From a virus (taxonomy: Duplodnaviria; Caudoviricetes), in the IMG/VR virus record IMGVR_UViG_3300010346_001536: a stretch of 64,000 nt of DNA. One strand, written 5' to 3'. This document shows, in pieces, positions 29,655-40,213 of the stretch. The number at the start of each line of letters is the position of its first letter. The stretch's first letter is position 1. The notes beneath the pieces were generated by a model that saw nothing but the letters and a program-made list of their open reading frames with translations, searched no databases and had not been told where the DNA came from. Position numbers and translations under genes: made by a program.

Positions 29655-32228
29655 GTGTACACTAATGTATTTGTAGATAAAAAAGAAAACGTCGTCCATT
29701 TATGGGATGATACTAAAGGATATAAGACTTTTCCTTATCGTCGATATGCTTATCGTCGTGCTCCTGATGGAGAATATATTTCTTTATATGGAGATAAATT
29801 AGAAAAGGTATTCTCTTTTGATGAGTATGACCCAACCCTTTTTGAGTCGGATGTTTCTCCCGAAATGCGGGTCCTTATAGACCAATATGAAGATAGCGAC
29901 GAGCCTTCGGTTGGACATCGGATACTTGTATTAGACATTGAAGTTAGTTCGGAGGGAGGATTTCCTGATATTACCAAAGGAGACAAAGCTATTACCGCCA
30001 TTGCTTTATTTGACCAGGCGGGAAATAAATATTATTCGCTTGTACTTGACCCCGAAAACAAAATATCAAGTAAAAGTACTTCCGAATTGGAAACGTGTTC
30101 TTTTAAAAGTGAAGATACATTATTAAACTCATTTTTAAATTTATGGGAGCAAATACAGCCTACTATTGTTACTGGATGGAATAGTAATAATTTTGATATT
30201 CCTTATTTATATAATCGAATTCGAGCTGTGCTGGGGAAACAGGCAAGTTATCGATTATCTCCAATAGGAATAATGTATCAAAATAAATTTAGTGGGCGCA
30301 TGGTATGTGCAGGAATATCTCTTCTTGATTATTTGGAGCTTTACAAAAAATTTATAGGTGTAATGAAACCCTCTTGGTCTTTGGCCAATATAGCTAAAGA
30401 TGAAGAATTAAAACATCAAAAGCTTACATATAAAGGCAGTTTAACTGAATTGTATAAAAAGGATATTCTTCGATATGTTGAATATAATTTGGTCGATGTT
30501 AAAGTTGTTGTAGAATTAGACCAAAAATATGATTTTATTCGTCTTGCACAGGCGGTTTGTCATAAAGGGCATGTTCCGTACGAGTGGTTTCAGATGTCAA
30601 GCCGTTTCATTGATGGTGCTATTTTAATGTATCTTCGACGTAATGGCAAAGTAGCTCCTAATAAGCCTATAGGTGGTCGTGAAGAATATGAATCTATGCA
30701 ACGGGAAGATGAGGAAGGATTTACAGGAGCTTTTGTTAAAGAGCCTATTAGTGGGCTATATGATTGGATTTGTTCAGCGGATATTACTTCTCTGTATCCT
30801 AGTGTAATTATGTCGTTAAATATTTCTCCCGAATCGAAAATTGGAAAAATAGAGGGGTGGAATATGATGGAGTTTCAGCGGGGAAATATTTCTACAATTC
30901 AAATCGATGGGCGAGGGTTTTCGGCCGAAGATTTTAAGAAAAAAATAGCAAATTATGCTTGGTCTATTAGTTCCAATGGCGTTGTGTATAGACAGGATAT
31001 TCGGGGTGTCGTTCCTACTGTTCTTGATGTATGGTTTAAAGAGCGACTTGAATATCGAAAATTGCAGAAAAAATTTTCCGATGAAGGAGATAAAGTTCAA
31101 TCTGAATTTTATAAGCGACGACAATTAAGACAAAAGATTTTTTTGAATTCGGTGTACGGAACTTTGGGACTTCCGGTCTTTCGTTTTTATGACCGAGATA
31201 ATGCCGAAGCGGTAACTATTTCGGGGCAAGAAATTATTCGTTCGGCGGAAAAACTTGTTAATGATATGTACTATGCCAAATTTAAGGAAGCAAATGTTCT
31301 TCCTTCTCAAAAAGATTATGTAGTATATATTGATACGGATTCATTGTACATGTCCGCACTTCCCGTGGCTAATCTTTTAAAAGTAAAGTCTGAGCACATG
31401 ACTAAGTTTACTATTGATTGGGTAACTGAAGTTGCTGCTAAAATTAATAGGTTTTATGAATACATGATACCCAAGATATTTAATGTGGCTCCAGAACATA
31501 ACCGTATTAAAATTGTTCCCGATGTCATAGCTAAGAAAGCATTATGGGTTGTTAAAAAGCGATACGCGATGCTTAAAGTCTATGATATGGAAACAATGAA
31601 AGAAGTTAAAGATAAGAATGGAAATGAAGGTAAGCTCGAGGTTAAGGGTATTGATGTGGTTCGTTCTAGTTTTCCAGCAGCATTTCGTAAATTTTCTTCG
31701 GATATGCTTGACGCGCTCCTTCGCGGAGTTCCTCAAAAAGAGTTGGATGAAAGAATTTTGTCTTTCGAAGAAAATATAGATAAGATTTCGGTATCTGACC
31801 TTGCGAAAACCAGTTCAGTAAGATTTATATCCAGAAATGGTAATGATGATTATAATCCATCTCACCGAAAATTATTTCAATATATTAATAAATCTCCTGC
31901 CCAAGTACGAGCGGCATTGGCTTACAATGATTTATTGAAAGTATGGAAACTTAATCGGCAATATGAAAAAATTACTCATAGTGAAAAAATAAAATGGGTA
32001 TATTTGCTTCCTAATGATTTTTATATTGAATCTTTAGCCATTAAGGGGGATGATACAGACCCCGATGAAATTTTGAATTTTATTTCGATGTATGTTGACC
32101 GGAAAAAAATGTATGAACGAGAGCTTAAAAGTAAACTTTCAGAAATTTATAGCTGTATTGGATGGAAATATCCAAATCGAGGTTCGCAGTTAGCAACACA
32201 AACGTTTGATTTTAATGAGACGTGGTAA
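29655..32228 (+). CDS. family B DNA polymerase (T4 gp43-like)
   Basis: Exonuclease motifs DIE, NSNNFDIPY, YNLVDV; polymerase motifs DITSLYPS, KIFLNSVYG, YIDTDS, KKRY, KGI. No intein seen. Confidence 0.95.
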   Translation: MYTNVFVDKKENVVHLWDDTKGYKTFPYRRYAYRRAPDGEYISLYGDKLEKVFSFDEYDPTLFESDVSPEMRVLIDQYEDSDEPSVGHRILVLDIEVSSEGGFPDITKGDKAITAIALFDQAGNKYYSLVLDPENKISSKSTSELETCSFKSEDTLLNSFLNLWEQIQPTIVTGWNSNNFDIPYLYNRIRAVLGKQASYRLSPIGIMYQNKFSGRMVCAGISLLDYLELYKKFIGVMKPSWSLANIAKDEELKHQKLTYKGSLTELYKKDILRYVEYNLVDVKVVVELDQKYDFIRLAQAVCHKGHVPYEWFQMSSRFIDGAILMYLRRNGKVAPNKPIGGREEYESMQREDEEGFTGAFVKEPISGLYDWICSADITSLYPSVIMSLNISPESKIGKIEGWNMMEFQRGNISTIQIDGRGFSAEDFKKKIANYAWSISSNGVVYRQDIRGVVPTVLDVWFKERLEYRKLQKKFSDEGDKVQSEFYKRRQLRQKIFLNSVYGTLGLPVFRFYDRDNAEAVTISGQEIIRSAEKLVNDMYYAKFKEANVLPSQKDYVVYIDTDSLYMSALPVANLLKVKSEHMTKFTIDWVTEVAAKINRFYEYMIPKIFNVAPEHNRIKIVPDVIAKKALWVVKKRYAMLKVYDMETMKEVKDKNGNEGKLEVKGIDVVRSSFPAAFRKFSSDMLDALLRGVPQKELDERILSFEENIDKISVSDLAKTSSVRFISRNGNDDYNPSHRKLFQYINKSPAQVRAALAYNDLLKVWKLNRQYEKITHSEKIKWVYLLPNDFYIESLAIKGDDTDPDEILNFISMYVDRKKMYERELKSKLSEIYSCIGWKYPNRGSQLATQTFDFNETW

Positions 32229-32229
32229 T

Positions 32230-32637
32230 ATGAATGATTTGTATCCTCTATTTTCATTAAGCGCAAGCTATTCTAATTTGGCGGAATGTACCCAAAGTTA
32301 CATTCAAAACCAGACCCTTGCAGAACAGAAGGATAAAGAAGTGAAGGATTTTTTCGTAAGTCTTGGGTATGAAGTAGAGCAAAATGGGCGATATTGTCGG
32401 CCGTGGTGGGAGATTTTTAAGGATGGGCTGCTTGTATGCCAAGTGGACACGGGGGTTTCTTTACAAGATATAATTGATGACATGAGTGAAATGGCACTTG
32501 GTAATCCGGGAATTAGTAAAACCAATTATATAATTAGCGGAGAAGATAGTGATGATTTAACAGAATTGTTTTATAAAGTTCGTAATTCAAAAATAAATAT
32601 TTCTGCCTCGGATGATTATTTTAGTTATGAGATATAA
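32230..32637 (+). CDS. hypothetical protein
   Basis: ORF starting 1 nt after the polymerase stop codon. Confidence 0.55.
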   Translation: MNDLYPLFSLSASYSNLAECTQSYIQNQTLAEQKDKEVKDFFVSLGYEVEQNGRYCRPWWEIFKDGLLVCQVDTGVSLQDIIDDMSEMALGNPGISKTNYIISGEDSDDLTELFYKVRNSKINISASDDYFSYEI

Positions 32638-32680
32638 TAAATAGACAATCGTAATCAAAAGGAGTAAATTATACGCATAC

Positions 32681-33424
32681 ATGAAAAAGAAAGAATTAGA
32701 AACATTTATTCGGCGTTATACTATAGGCGGAGAACTTAACAAAGTTAAATGGAAGTATAGTGCTTCTGAAAAAATATTGCATACACGCGGAGCCGTGGAC
32801 AATCGAAGTTTTGTGGCCGATGTAATTATGAACGATTTTGATGAGTTTGGTTCTTCGGACCTTACTATTTGTATAGGAGATACCGAAAAAGTTAAAGGAA
32901 TGATGTCTCCGTTTGAAGAAGATATTAATTTATCTATTAATCAACAAGGAGACCGTATTCTAGGATTTACAATGTCTGATGATAATTGTCAAAGCTATTG
33001 TGCGGCGGCGGACCCGGCTTCTATTGACCCGGTAGCGAAGAATCTTCAAGATATGCCAGAATATCATGTTGAAGTACCTTTAACTGAAGATTTTTTAGAT
33101 AAGTTTTTAAAAGCGCATGGTGCTTTAAAAGAAGTTAAAGATTTTTCGGTTGGTATGAATAAGAAAGAAAAATTTGAAATAGTATTTGGATATTCTATTT
33201 CAAATTCAAATCGAATTCGAATTACTCCTGATACGGATTCTGTTAAAAATAAATTAGATACGGCTTTATCATTTCCTATTAAAAATATAGCAGCAATATT
33301 TAAAGCTAATGATGATATTCCCGATGGAATTTTATCTATTAATAGCCACGGAATTGCAAGAGTATATTTTAAAAATGATAAATATATTTGTACTTATTAC
33401 CAATTCGCCAATAAAAAAGCATAA
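32681..33424 (+). CDS. sliding clamp (T4 gp45-like)
   Basis: 247 aa, two-domain beta-rich pattern, located between the polymerase and clamp loader; promoter TAGACA-17-TAAATT at 32642-32670. Confidence 0.6.
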   Translation: MKKKELETFIRRYTIGGELNKVKWKYSASEKILHTRGAVDNRSFVADVIMNDFDEFGSSDLTICIGDTEKVKGMMSPFEEDINLSINQQGDRILGFTMSDDNCQSYCAAADPASIDPVAKNLQDMPEYHVEVPLTEDFLDKFLKAHGALKEVKDFSVGMNKKEKFEIVFGYSISNSNRIRITPDTDSVKNKLDTALSFPIKNIAAIFKANDDIPDGILSINSHGIARVYFKNDKYICTYYQFANKKA

Positions 33425-33427
33425 AAT

Positions 33428-33733
33428 ATGATTGAAATTACTAAGATTTGTTATAAAACGGACGATGGACAAATATTTGATACTTTTTCAGATGCTCAAT
33501 TACATGAACTTGAAGTTTTATTTGAAAAGATTTCTATTAAATTACCAAAAGAAACAGCGATAGCTATATTACAGAATAAAACTACTATTATTGATATTTT
33601 ATCTAAAAATAAATCAAATATATCATTTCAAGGTCCCAGTATTCCTTTAGCACCAGAAGTAGTTAAAGAGTGTAATAAAACTATTATTACTGATGCTATA
33701 ACTTCTATAATTGGAAAACTTAATAAAAAGTAA
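33428..33733 (+). CDS. hypothetical protein
   Basis: 101 aa ORF with the YKTDDGQIF...A..HE pattern. Confidence 0.55.
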   Translation: MIEITKICYKTDDGQIFDTFSDAQLHELEVLFEKISIKLPKETAIAILQNKTTIIDILSKNKSNISFQGPSIPLAPEVVKECNKTIITDAITSIIGKLNKK

Positions 33734-33741
33734 AATTATTT

Positions 33742-34707
33742 ATGATTATTAATCCGTTTGAATTTGTTGAGATGGAAGAGCTTCCTTCGGTTCCTGACCA
33801 CAGCCTTTGGGCCGAACGTTATCGTCCCCGTACTCTTAAAAATTTTGTCGGCAGTCCTTCGGTCTGTGAAACTTTAGAAATATGGTTAGAAAGTAAAGAT
33901 ATACCACATCTTTTATTTTTTGGCTGGCCCGGGACTGGTAAAACTTCTTTAGGAAAAATGCTTATTAATTTAATCCCGTGTGATAGTTTGTTTATTAATG
34001 CATCGGATGAAAATAAAGTAGATGATATTAGAAATAAAGTACAAGATTTTTGTATTACTATGGGAGTTAATCCTTTAAAAATTATGTTTTTGGATGAGGC
34101 AGACCGTTTAACCCCCGATGCTCAAGGTGTACTTCGTAATTTAATGGAAACTTATTCGCATTCGACGCGCTTTATTTTAACGTGTAATTATCATGAAAAA
34201 ATAGCGCCGGCCATTAAGTCTCGGTGTCAAAGTTTTGAAATAAAGCCTCCGTCTAAGCCTGAACTTATGTCTCATCTTATTAAAATTTTAAATAAAGAAA
34301 AAATAAATTATGAGAATAAGGATGTAGCATTTATTGTAACCAGTTATTATCCCGATATGCGAAAAATGATTAATTTCATGCAACAATCTTCGCTTACTGG
34401 AACATTAAAAATAGCAAAAGCTAGTACGGATGACCAAGATTACCGCGAAAAACTTGTTAAGCTTTTACAACAGCCGAAAAAGGCGGGTATTTTTGATGAA
34501 ATTCGACAATTGGTAGCAGACGCGGCTTTTTCTAATTATGAAGAAGTTTATAAATATCTTTTTGACCGCGTAAATGATTATGCCGGAGAAAAAGCTCCAG
34601 AAATTATTCTGTATCTTGCAGACGCCGTATATCAATCTGCTTTAGTGTTTGAACGAGAAATTACTTTTGTAGCATCTATGCATCGAATACTTGGTGCTCT
34701 TAAATAA
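33742..34707 (+). CDS. clamp loader large subunit (gp44/RFC small subunit-like)
   Basis: WAERYRP, GWPGTGKT, INASD, LDEAD, SRC, YPDMRK. Confidence 0.92.
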   Translation: MIINPFEFVEMEELPSVPDHSLWAERYRPRTLKNFVGSPSVCETLEIWLESKDIPHLLFFGWPGTGKTSLGKMLINLIPCDSLFINASDENKVDDIRNKVQDFCITMGVNPLKIMFLDEADRLTPDAQGVLRNLMETYSHSTRFILTCNYHEKIAPAIKSRCQSFEIKPPSKPELMSHLIKILNKEKINYENKDVAFIVTSYYPDMRKMINFMQQSSLTGTLKIAKASTDDQDYREKLVKLLQQPKKAGIFDEIRQLVADAAFSNYEEVYKYLFDRVNDYAGEKAPEIILYLADAVYQSALVFEREITFVASMHRILGALK

Positions 34708-34763
34708 GATGTACATATTTAAAAGCTTTAAGGTAAATTACTTAAAAATAATTTTATAATAAA

Positions 34764-34791
34764 TTGACTCCCCCGTAAGGAGTGATAAAAT
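34764..34791 (+). promoter_or_regulatory. sigma70-type promoter
   Basis: TTGACT-16 nt-TAAAAT with TG extension. Confidence 0.6.
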
Positions 34792-34800
34792 ATGCTCAAT

Positions 34801-35070
34801 ATGAATAAGCCTAATGTAAAACATATACCAATGGAACAAAAAAAAGCAATACTTACCGAAACGGTTGAAGTTTTTGGACAACAAGAGTGGTTTAGAGATG
34901 CAACAGTATATGATGCTCACCCAAATACCGGCGAACCAACTCTCGAGTTTAAAGTAAATTATGTTCCTATTTTAGGAATTATCCGCAAAACTATTATAGA
35001 TTTTGCAATAAAACATAATTTGGTTGAACGTTTTGTTATTATTGATAAAGATGGACGCCCTGTAGAGTAA
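34801..35070 (+). CDS. hypothetical protein
   Basis: ORF 9 nt after the -10 box. Confidence 0.55.
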   Translation: MNKPNVKHIPMEQKKAILTETVEVFGQQEWFRDATVYDAHPNTGEPTLEFKVNYVPILGIIRKTIIDFAIKHNLVERFVIIDKDGRPVE

Positions 35071-35122
35071 TAATATTTGTAAAGAATTGTTACTTTAAAT
35101 AACATGGGAATACGGGTAGTTT

Positions 35123-36220
35123 ATGAGTAATAAATTGATTCCATCAATTTTAACTATTATTCCTAAGATTCCGCTTAAAGGGGTATATTATATTGGCCAG
35201 TATGGAACAAGTGGATATGCAAATGCTGCCCGGGGGTATTTATATCATTATTTTATTAATAATATTCCTATTACATGGGACCCCCTTTATTTTGATAATT
35301 CTAAACTAAGTGATGATAATCCATACGATATAGTTGTTCAATCATTAATAAATAAATCAATTCCTCTACATGATGTTGTTATTATACATTCTACCCCCGA
35401 CTTATGGCCAAAATTTTGGGAAGAAAAACTTGAAATTTTAAAGGGAAAAGTTATTAATGGTTATTGTACTTGGGAAACAAATCGTCTTCCTAAAGAATGG
35501 GTTAAATATATGAATGAATGTGTTAATGAAGTATGGTGCCCGTCTTCTTATAATTTAAATTCATTCCGAGAATCGGGAGTAAATAATACTATACGAGTAG
35601 TACCGCATATTTTTCTTCCTCATCCTCTCCCTGACCCGATGAATGTTAAACTAGTTGATATGCGGACCGGAAATCGATTAGAAAAAAATGGATACTATAC
35701 GTTTTATACGATAGGAGAGTTTAATATACGTAAAGGAATTGAGGATACAATACGGGCTTTTTGTGAAGGATTTAAACCTACCGACCCAGTACGGCTTATA
35801 CTTAAAGTTCATTATCGTAATTATTCGGATGAAAATAAGAAAAGATGTGAAGATATGATTAAGGAAGAACTTAAAAAATATCCTTCTTATCCTCCTATTA
35901 TTTGTTTATTAGAACCGATGACTTCAACTGAGATTCTTGCCCTCCATTCAATAGGCGACTGTTACGTGTCGCTTACAAAGGCCGAGGGGTTTGGGCTTAC
36001 TATATTCGATGCCTTTAACTATGGGAAAAACATTATTGCTACGGGCTATGGTGGGCACATTGATTTTTTGGGAGATTCGTATCCCGGCCTTGTTCACTAT
36101 AAAATAGGGCCAGTGGTAGGAATGTCAACTTTTTCTTCGAACTATACTGAGGAACAGTTGTGGGCCTATCCATGTCTTGACCATGCAATTAACCTAATGA
36201 AAAAACAAGCTAACTTATGA
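35123..36220 (+). CDS. glycosyltransferase family 4
   Basis: SGYANA, TWET, RKGI, AEGFGLTIFDA...IIATGYGGHIDF. Confidence 0.88.
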   Translation: MSNKLIPSILTIIPKIPLKGVYYIGQYGTSGYANAARGYLYHYFINNIPITWDPLYFDNSKLSDDNPYDIVVQSLINKSIPLHDVVIIHSTPDLWPKFWEEKLEILKGKVINGYCTWETNRLPKEWVKYMNECVNEVWCPSSYNLNSFRESGVNNTIRVVPHIFLPHPLPDPMNVKLVDMRTGNRLEKNGYYTFYTIGEFNIRKGIEDTIRAFCEGFKPTDPVRLILKVHYRNYSDENKKRCEDMIKEELKKYPSYPPIICLLEPMTSTEILALHSIGDCYVSLTKAEGFGLTIFDAFNYGKNIIATGYGGHIDFLGDSYPGLVHYKIGPVVGMSTFSSNYTEEQLWAYPCLDHAINLMKKQANL

Positions 36221-36867
36221 CTGGAATTTTTGCATTTAATGGAAACACTAAGCATCAACAAATTATAGATACTTACATAAAGCGACTAGCAATAGATACG
36301 GTAGTCGAGTCGGGCACTTTACATGGTTTCACCACTGCGTATTTTGCCGAGCGAGTGAAGGAAGTGTACACCGTTGAAATTCAGGAAAAATCATATCGAA
36401 TGGCACGGAATTTACTCAGACAGTTTCGTAACGTTCATCAGGAACTTGGCGCTTCCCCCGCTTACTTCAATACGCTTCTGCCGACTCTTGATGGGAGAAA
36501 GATTCTGTTTTACCTTGACGCTCATTGGTTTGAGCCGTGGCCTCTGTTCGAAGAAATGAATGCCATTGCCAAGCACATCGGAAAACGGGCTGTAGTACTA
36601 ATTGACGACTTCCAGGTTCCCAACAGTCGATGTCGGTTTGACCAGTATGGCGGGGTAATAAACAATTTTGCCACATCCGAACCATACTTCAATAAGATTT
36701 ATGGGGAGCGGGGGTATGTGTATGATTATTTGGGCGGCGATGCAACACAGGAATTTATTATTAACGAATCGGAATTGGACTCCGACACTCTTCCTTTTTA
36801 TCTTCAGAGTTACAAGGGTAAGCCGATTACCATTACTGGAAAAATTATCGTCTATGCAAAAGAATAA
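36217..36867 (+). CDS. putative class I SAM-dependent methyltransferase
   Basis: VESGTLHG, TVEI, FYLDAHW, LIDDF. Confidence 0.7.
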   Translation: MTGIFAFNGNTKHQQIIDTYIKRLAIDTVVESGTLHGFTTAYFAERVKEVYTVEIQEKSYRMARNLLRQFRNVHQELGASPAYFNTLLPTLDGRKILFYLDAHWFEPWPLFEEMNAIAKHIGKRAVVLIDDFQVPNSRCRFDQYGGVINNFATSEPYFNKIYGERGYVYDYLGGDATQEFIINESELDSDTLPFYLQSYKGKPITITGKIIVYAKE

Positions 36868-37510
36868 ATATGTGTCCCAATGTGGGCAGGACAAGTGTGT
36901 CATTGAGGAAATTTACAAAGGATTGACGCATGGGTTTTTTGTTGACTTGGGAGCGGGCGATGGTATCCAATTGTCAAACACCTATGTCCTTGAAACGGAA
37001 TATGAATGGGATGGTATTTGTGTAGAACCCAACACTTATTCCTTTGAAAGCCTTAAGAAAAATCGAAAGTGTCGACTCGAAAACAGCTTCGTGCTTGATG
37101 GGGTGAGAGAAGTCGCGTTCCATCAGTACTATGGAAACCCGCCCCATTGGGAATCCTTCTCGTCAATGTATCCTTCGCCATTTCACGAAGAGATGGACGT
37201 CGTAAAGAAATCCGTTATCATGTGTAAGTCTATATCATTGGGACAGTTACTAACAAAGCATGGCGCACCGAATTTGATTCATTATCTTTCTGTGGACACC
37301 GAATATACGGACTACGAAATTCTCGAACACTTCTTCACAAAAGAACTTGGCGAAAGAGCTATCATATGTTTATCGGTGGAACACAACTTCAAGGAAGTTC
37401 GAGAGAAGCTTAGGACTTTGCTTGGAACTTATAGATTTACTTTCTATAAGGAACTGTATCAGGATGATATGTATATAAATAATGACTTTTGGAATCTTCC
37501 CAATCTATGA
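36854..37510 (+). CDS. FkbM family methyltransferase
   Basis: SQCGQD, FFVDLGAGDGIQLSNT, WDGICVEPN, IHYLSVDTE, VEHN. Start reassigned to ATG 36854. Confidence 0.85.
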   Translation: MQKNKYVSQCGQDKCVIEEIYKGLTHGFFVDLGAGDGIQLSNTYVLETEYEWDGICVEPNTYSFESLKKNRKCRLENSFVLDGVREVAFHQYYGNPPHWESFSSMYPSPFHEEMDVVKKSVIMCKSISLGQLLTKHGAPNLIHYLSVDTEYTDYEILEHFFTKELGERAIICLSVEHNFKEVREKLRTLLGTYRFTFYKELYQDDMYINNDFWNLPNL

Positions 37511-38433
37511 ACGTCCATCTCCGAATAAACTATGGGTGTGATAAACGATTCTACCTTACGAAGGACACTATCCGCCTTTGTCATCCATACTTTGAGACTA
37601 TCAGGGTTTTGGTAACGTCCGACGAATCTGACTATCAAATGTTGAAGTCGTTGGAATCGGAGTATCCGAAGCTGAAGGTCACGAAGACGGCCATTCCTTA
37701 TTACGGGGATTTTGAATCCGTGCATCGAAATCTATTGTGGGATGTCCCCGAGGACGAGTGGATTCATTTGCTAGATTCAGATGAACGTCCAACCTATCAA
37801 TTTTTGACTGGCTTGCAGGACATGATATCCGACGCCATAGCAAATGGAGTTAACACATGTCGTATTCCATCCATTTCACATTACATGAAGTCAAATGAGT
37901 TTTGTGATAAGAATTATAAGAACGCTTTTGCGGGAAAGGCTAAGTACTATGAGCCATCTTTATTTAAATACAATAGGTATAAGAACACGTACAGAAGCAG
38001 CTTTGGTGGGTGTCATTCCATGCCAGCAAGGATAGATAGGGTGGAGAAGAGATATATCTTACCAACATTACACTTCAAAAATCCTATAAATTGGTATCAG
38101 GCGTTTATCCTACAGGGGTTTTTCAATCCAACTGTTCATTCGCGGACGGAAGAGCGAGAATGTCTCATAAAGTCTTCAGAATACGCCGCGTTTGAGGCAT
38201 TGAAAAAGGAAACAAAATGTTTTGATTCAACCACATTTATATCCCAGCTGTCTATCGACCCCGAGTTCAAGCAGAAATTTCATGACCTTTTTTTAACTTT
38301 TAAGGAGTCTAAATTTCCAATTTTCCAGTTTGCATACAAATGGGTTGCTAATGAGAATTTCAGACTAATGATTTTTGAAAAGCAGGAATTCTGCGGAAAG
38401 GTCTGTTGTAAGTATGGGGATATACAATTATGA
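37507..38433 (+). CDS. GT2-like glycosyltransferase
   Basis: WIHLLDSDE (DxD); ATGA coupling on both sides. Confidence 0.6.
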   Translation: MNVHLRINYGCDKRFYLTKDTIRLCHPYFETIRVLVTSDESDYQMLKSLESEYPKLKVTKTAIPYYGDFESVHRNLLWDVPEDEWIHLLDSDERPTYQFLTGLQDMISDAIANGVNTCRIPSISHYMKSNEFCDKNYKNAFAGKAKYYEPSLFKYNRYKNTYRSSFGGCHSMPARIDRVEKRYILPTLHFKNPINWYQAFILQGFFNPTVHSRTEERECLIKSSEYAAFEALKKETKCFDSTTFISQLSIDPEFKQKFHDLFLTFKESKFPIFQFAYKWVANENFRLMIFEKQEFCGKVCCKYGDIQL

Positions 38434-39491
38434 AAATACTAATGACGTTTGAACTCGGAGCAATTGCTGTTTATGCAACGCCGCTGATAAAGTTATTGTC
38501 CTCTCGGGGGCATTCTATAGATTTTTATACAACCGACCGAAGAGGATTTTGTGACCCCGGAGACGAGATACGTAAATCTGTCACCATGCTCAATGCTCCT
38601 CCTGTAGATATGAGATATGATTTGTGGATGTATGACCTATCTACATGGGAAACAAAACAAACTCCATTTCTGGAAAAGCTTACGGAGTTCGAAGGAGACT
38701 TAGTATGCATCAATTTTGAAGATGGAAATCAATTCTTTCTTAATTATATTACGGGGTACATCATTGACAAGACAAAGCTATACATAAATAATTCTCTTTT
38801 TGTGGACCGGGGAAGATACCCCGAAAATATACGGTCTAAACTCATGTTGGCCCCGTCCTACATAACCAATAGTCAGAGTTTCAAGACATTGGTTGTTCCC
38901 TTCAGGGACAAGCAAAGGCGAGCCATATTTACAGGAAATATTACGGGAATGAGCGAAAGTGGAAATCCCGAAGAACTTAAATGTCGAATCCTTGTTCCAA
39001 TGGCGTTGATAAAGGCGGGCGTGCCTTGCTACTACCGTATCTATTCTTCCGACCCCAACTACCAGAGCGTCTTGGAAAAGGTGCCCGAGCAATATAAGAG
39101 TCAGCATCTTAAATGGGAAGACTTCTTGAAAGAAACAGTGAACAGTATGATTGTCCTCTCATTGAGGGGAAATGGTCATACAGTTCGGAGATACTTTGAG
39201 GGGCTGGCTTCGGGCGGATTGGTATTCTCCACGAGGTCAAATCATATGACTGAGTTCATTGGTCAGGGTGTAGCGGGAGAGCACTTCGTAGAAATAGACT
39301 GGTCGGGGAACGATGTGGTTGAGAAGGCCAATTACTATTTCGAGCGCACCGAGGAGGCCGAAAAAATTGCTGCTTGTGGAAGAAAGTTTTGGGAAGACAC
39401 TAGTATGTTGGATGACAATGGGGTGGTTCCTCCGAAGGTTGCGAACGAAATAATCAACAACGCCAAACGAATTGCGGGGATTGAATTTTGA
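38430..39491 (+). CDS. GT-B glycosyltransferase-like protein (GT90/CAP10-like C-terminus)
   Basis: AIFTG, LSLRGNG...RYFEGLASG, EAEKIAACGR. Confidence 0.6.
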   Translation: MKILMTFELGAIAVYATPLIKLLSSRGHSIDFYTTDRRGFCDPGDEIRKSVTMLNAPPVDMRYDLWMYDLSTWETKQTPFLEKLTEFEGDLVCINFEDGNQFFLNYITGYIIDKTKLYINNSLFVDRGRYPENIRSKLMLAPSYITNSQSFKTLVVPFRDKQRRAIFTGNITGMSESGNPEELKCRILVPMALIKAGVPCYYRIYSSDPNYQSVLEKVPEQYKSQHLKWEDFLKETVNSMIVLSLRGNGHTVRRYFEGLASGGLVFSTRSNHMTEFIGQGVAGEHFVEIDWSGNDVVEKANYYFERTEEAEKIAACGRKFWEDTSMLDDNGVVPPKVANEIINNAKRIAGIEF

Positions 39492-40213
39492 TGTTTACCA
39501 AATTCACAATCTATGGGGAAAGGTGTTCTGGCACTAACTTTTTACGCAAGGTTATTGTTGATAATTTTAACCTTGAACTAACACATCTTCCTAATGTAGA
39601 TTATGCGTGGAAACACTTTTTCGGACATGAGAAAAATCAAGCGGCCATTCAGAGTTCAACAGACGTAGTGATTTTATCAATAGTTAGAAATCCGATTGAC
39701 TATTTCGTATCTTTTTTCAAGTCGCCCCACCATCAGTCAGCGGAAAGAATTGTGGACTTTGAAACCTTTCTGACTTCGGAATTCTACTCTATAAATAAAG
39801 AAGGAGAACTTCTTACGGATAGGTATTTTGAGCAGAATTGTCGAAGGTATAAGAACATCTTCGAGATGCGTGCTGTAAAGAATCGATTTCTTGCACTTAC
39901 TATTCCAAAACTTACTGCAAATTGTTATTTAGTGCAATATGAAAGATTGAAGAATGATTCGGAAGCGGTGCTCGTTGAAATTTCAGCTAAGTTTAGGCTT
40001 ACTCCCAAGCAGCAACCATTTATTATAGAAAGACGAAGGGTTGCTCCTCGAGGGACAAGTTGGGATGTATTTGATATTGTGGATTCTCCTATAGGCGAGA
40101 ACTACGTAGTGGAATCTCCGAAATGCAAGGAAATCATCCTTTCCAATTTGGATTTTTCGGCCGAACGAATTGTTGGATACATCCGCGAATCTATTGTAAG
40201 CCGTCTAATATGA
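39488..40213 (+). CDS. sulfotransferase-like protein
   Basis: GERCSGTNFL (5'-PSB-like loop), WKH, IVRNPIDYFVS (3'-PB-like), VQYERL. Confidence 0.7.
   Translation: MMFTKFTIYGERCSGTNFLRKVIVDNFNLELTHLPNVDYAWKHFFGHEKNQAAIQSSTDVVILSIVRNPIDYFVSFFKSPHHQSAERIVDFETFLTSEFYSINKEGELLTDRYFEQNCRRYKNIFEMRAVKNRFLALTIPKLTANCYLVQYERLKNDSEAVLVEISAKFRLTPKQQPFIIERRRVAPRGTSWDVFDIVDSPIGENYVVESPKCKEIILSNLDFSAERIVGYIRESIVSRLI

Noticed and set aside
29655-32228. Intein or intron in the DNA polymerase
   Set aside because: 857 aa with normally spaced motifs and no splice-junction signatures.
29655-34707. Eukaryotic giant virus or archaeal origin (PolB plus RFC-like gene)
   Set aside because: Sigma70 promoters, coupled operons, intrinsic terminators and gp45/gp62-like genes fit a bacteriophage better.
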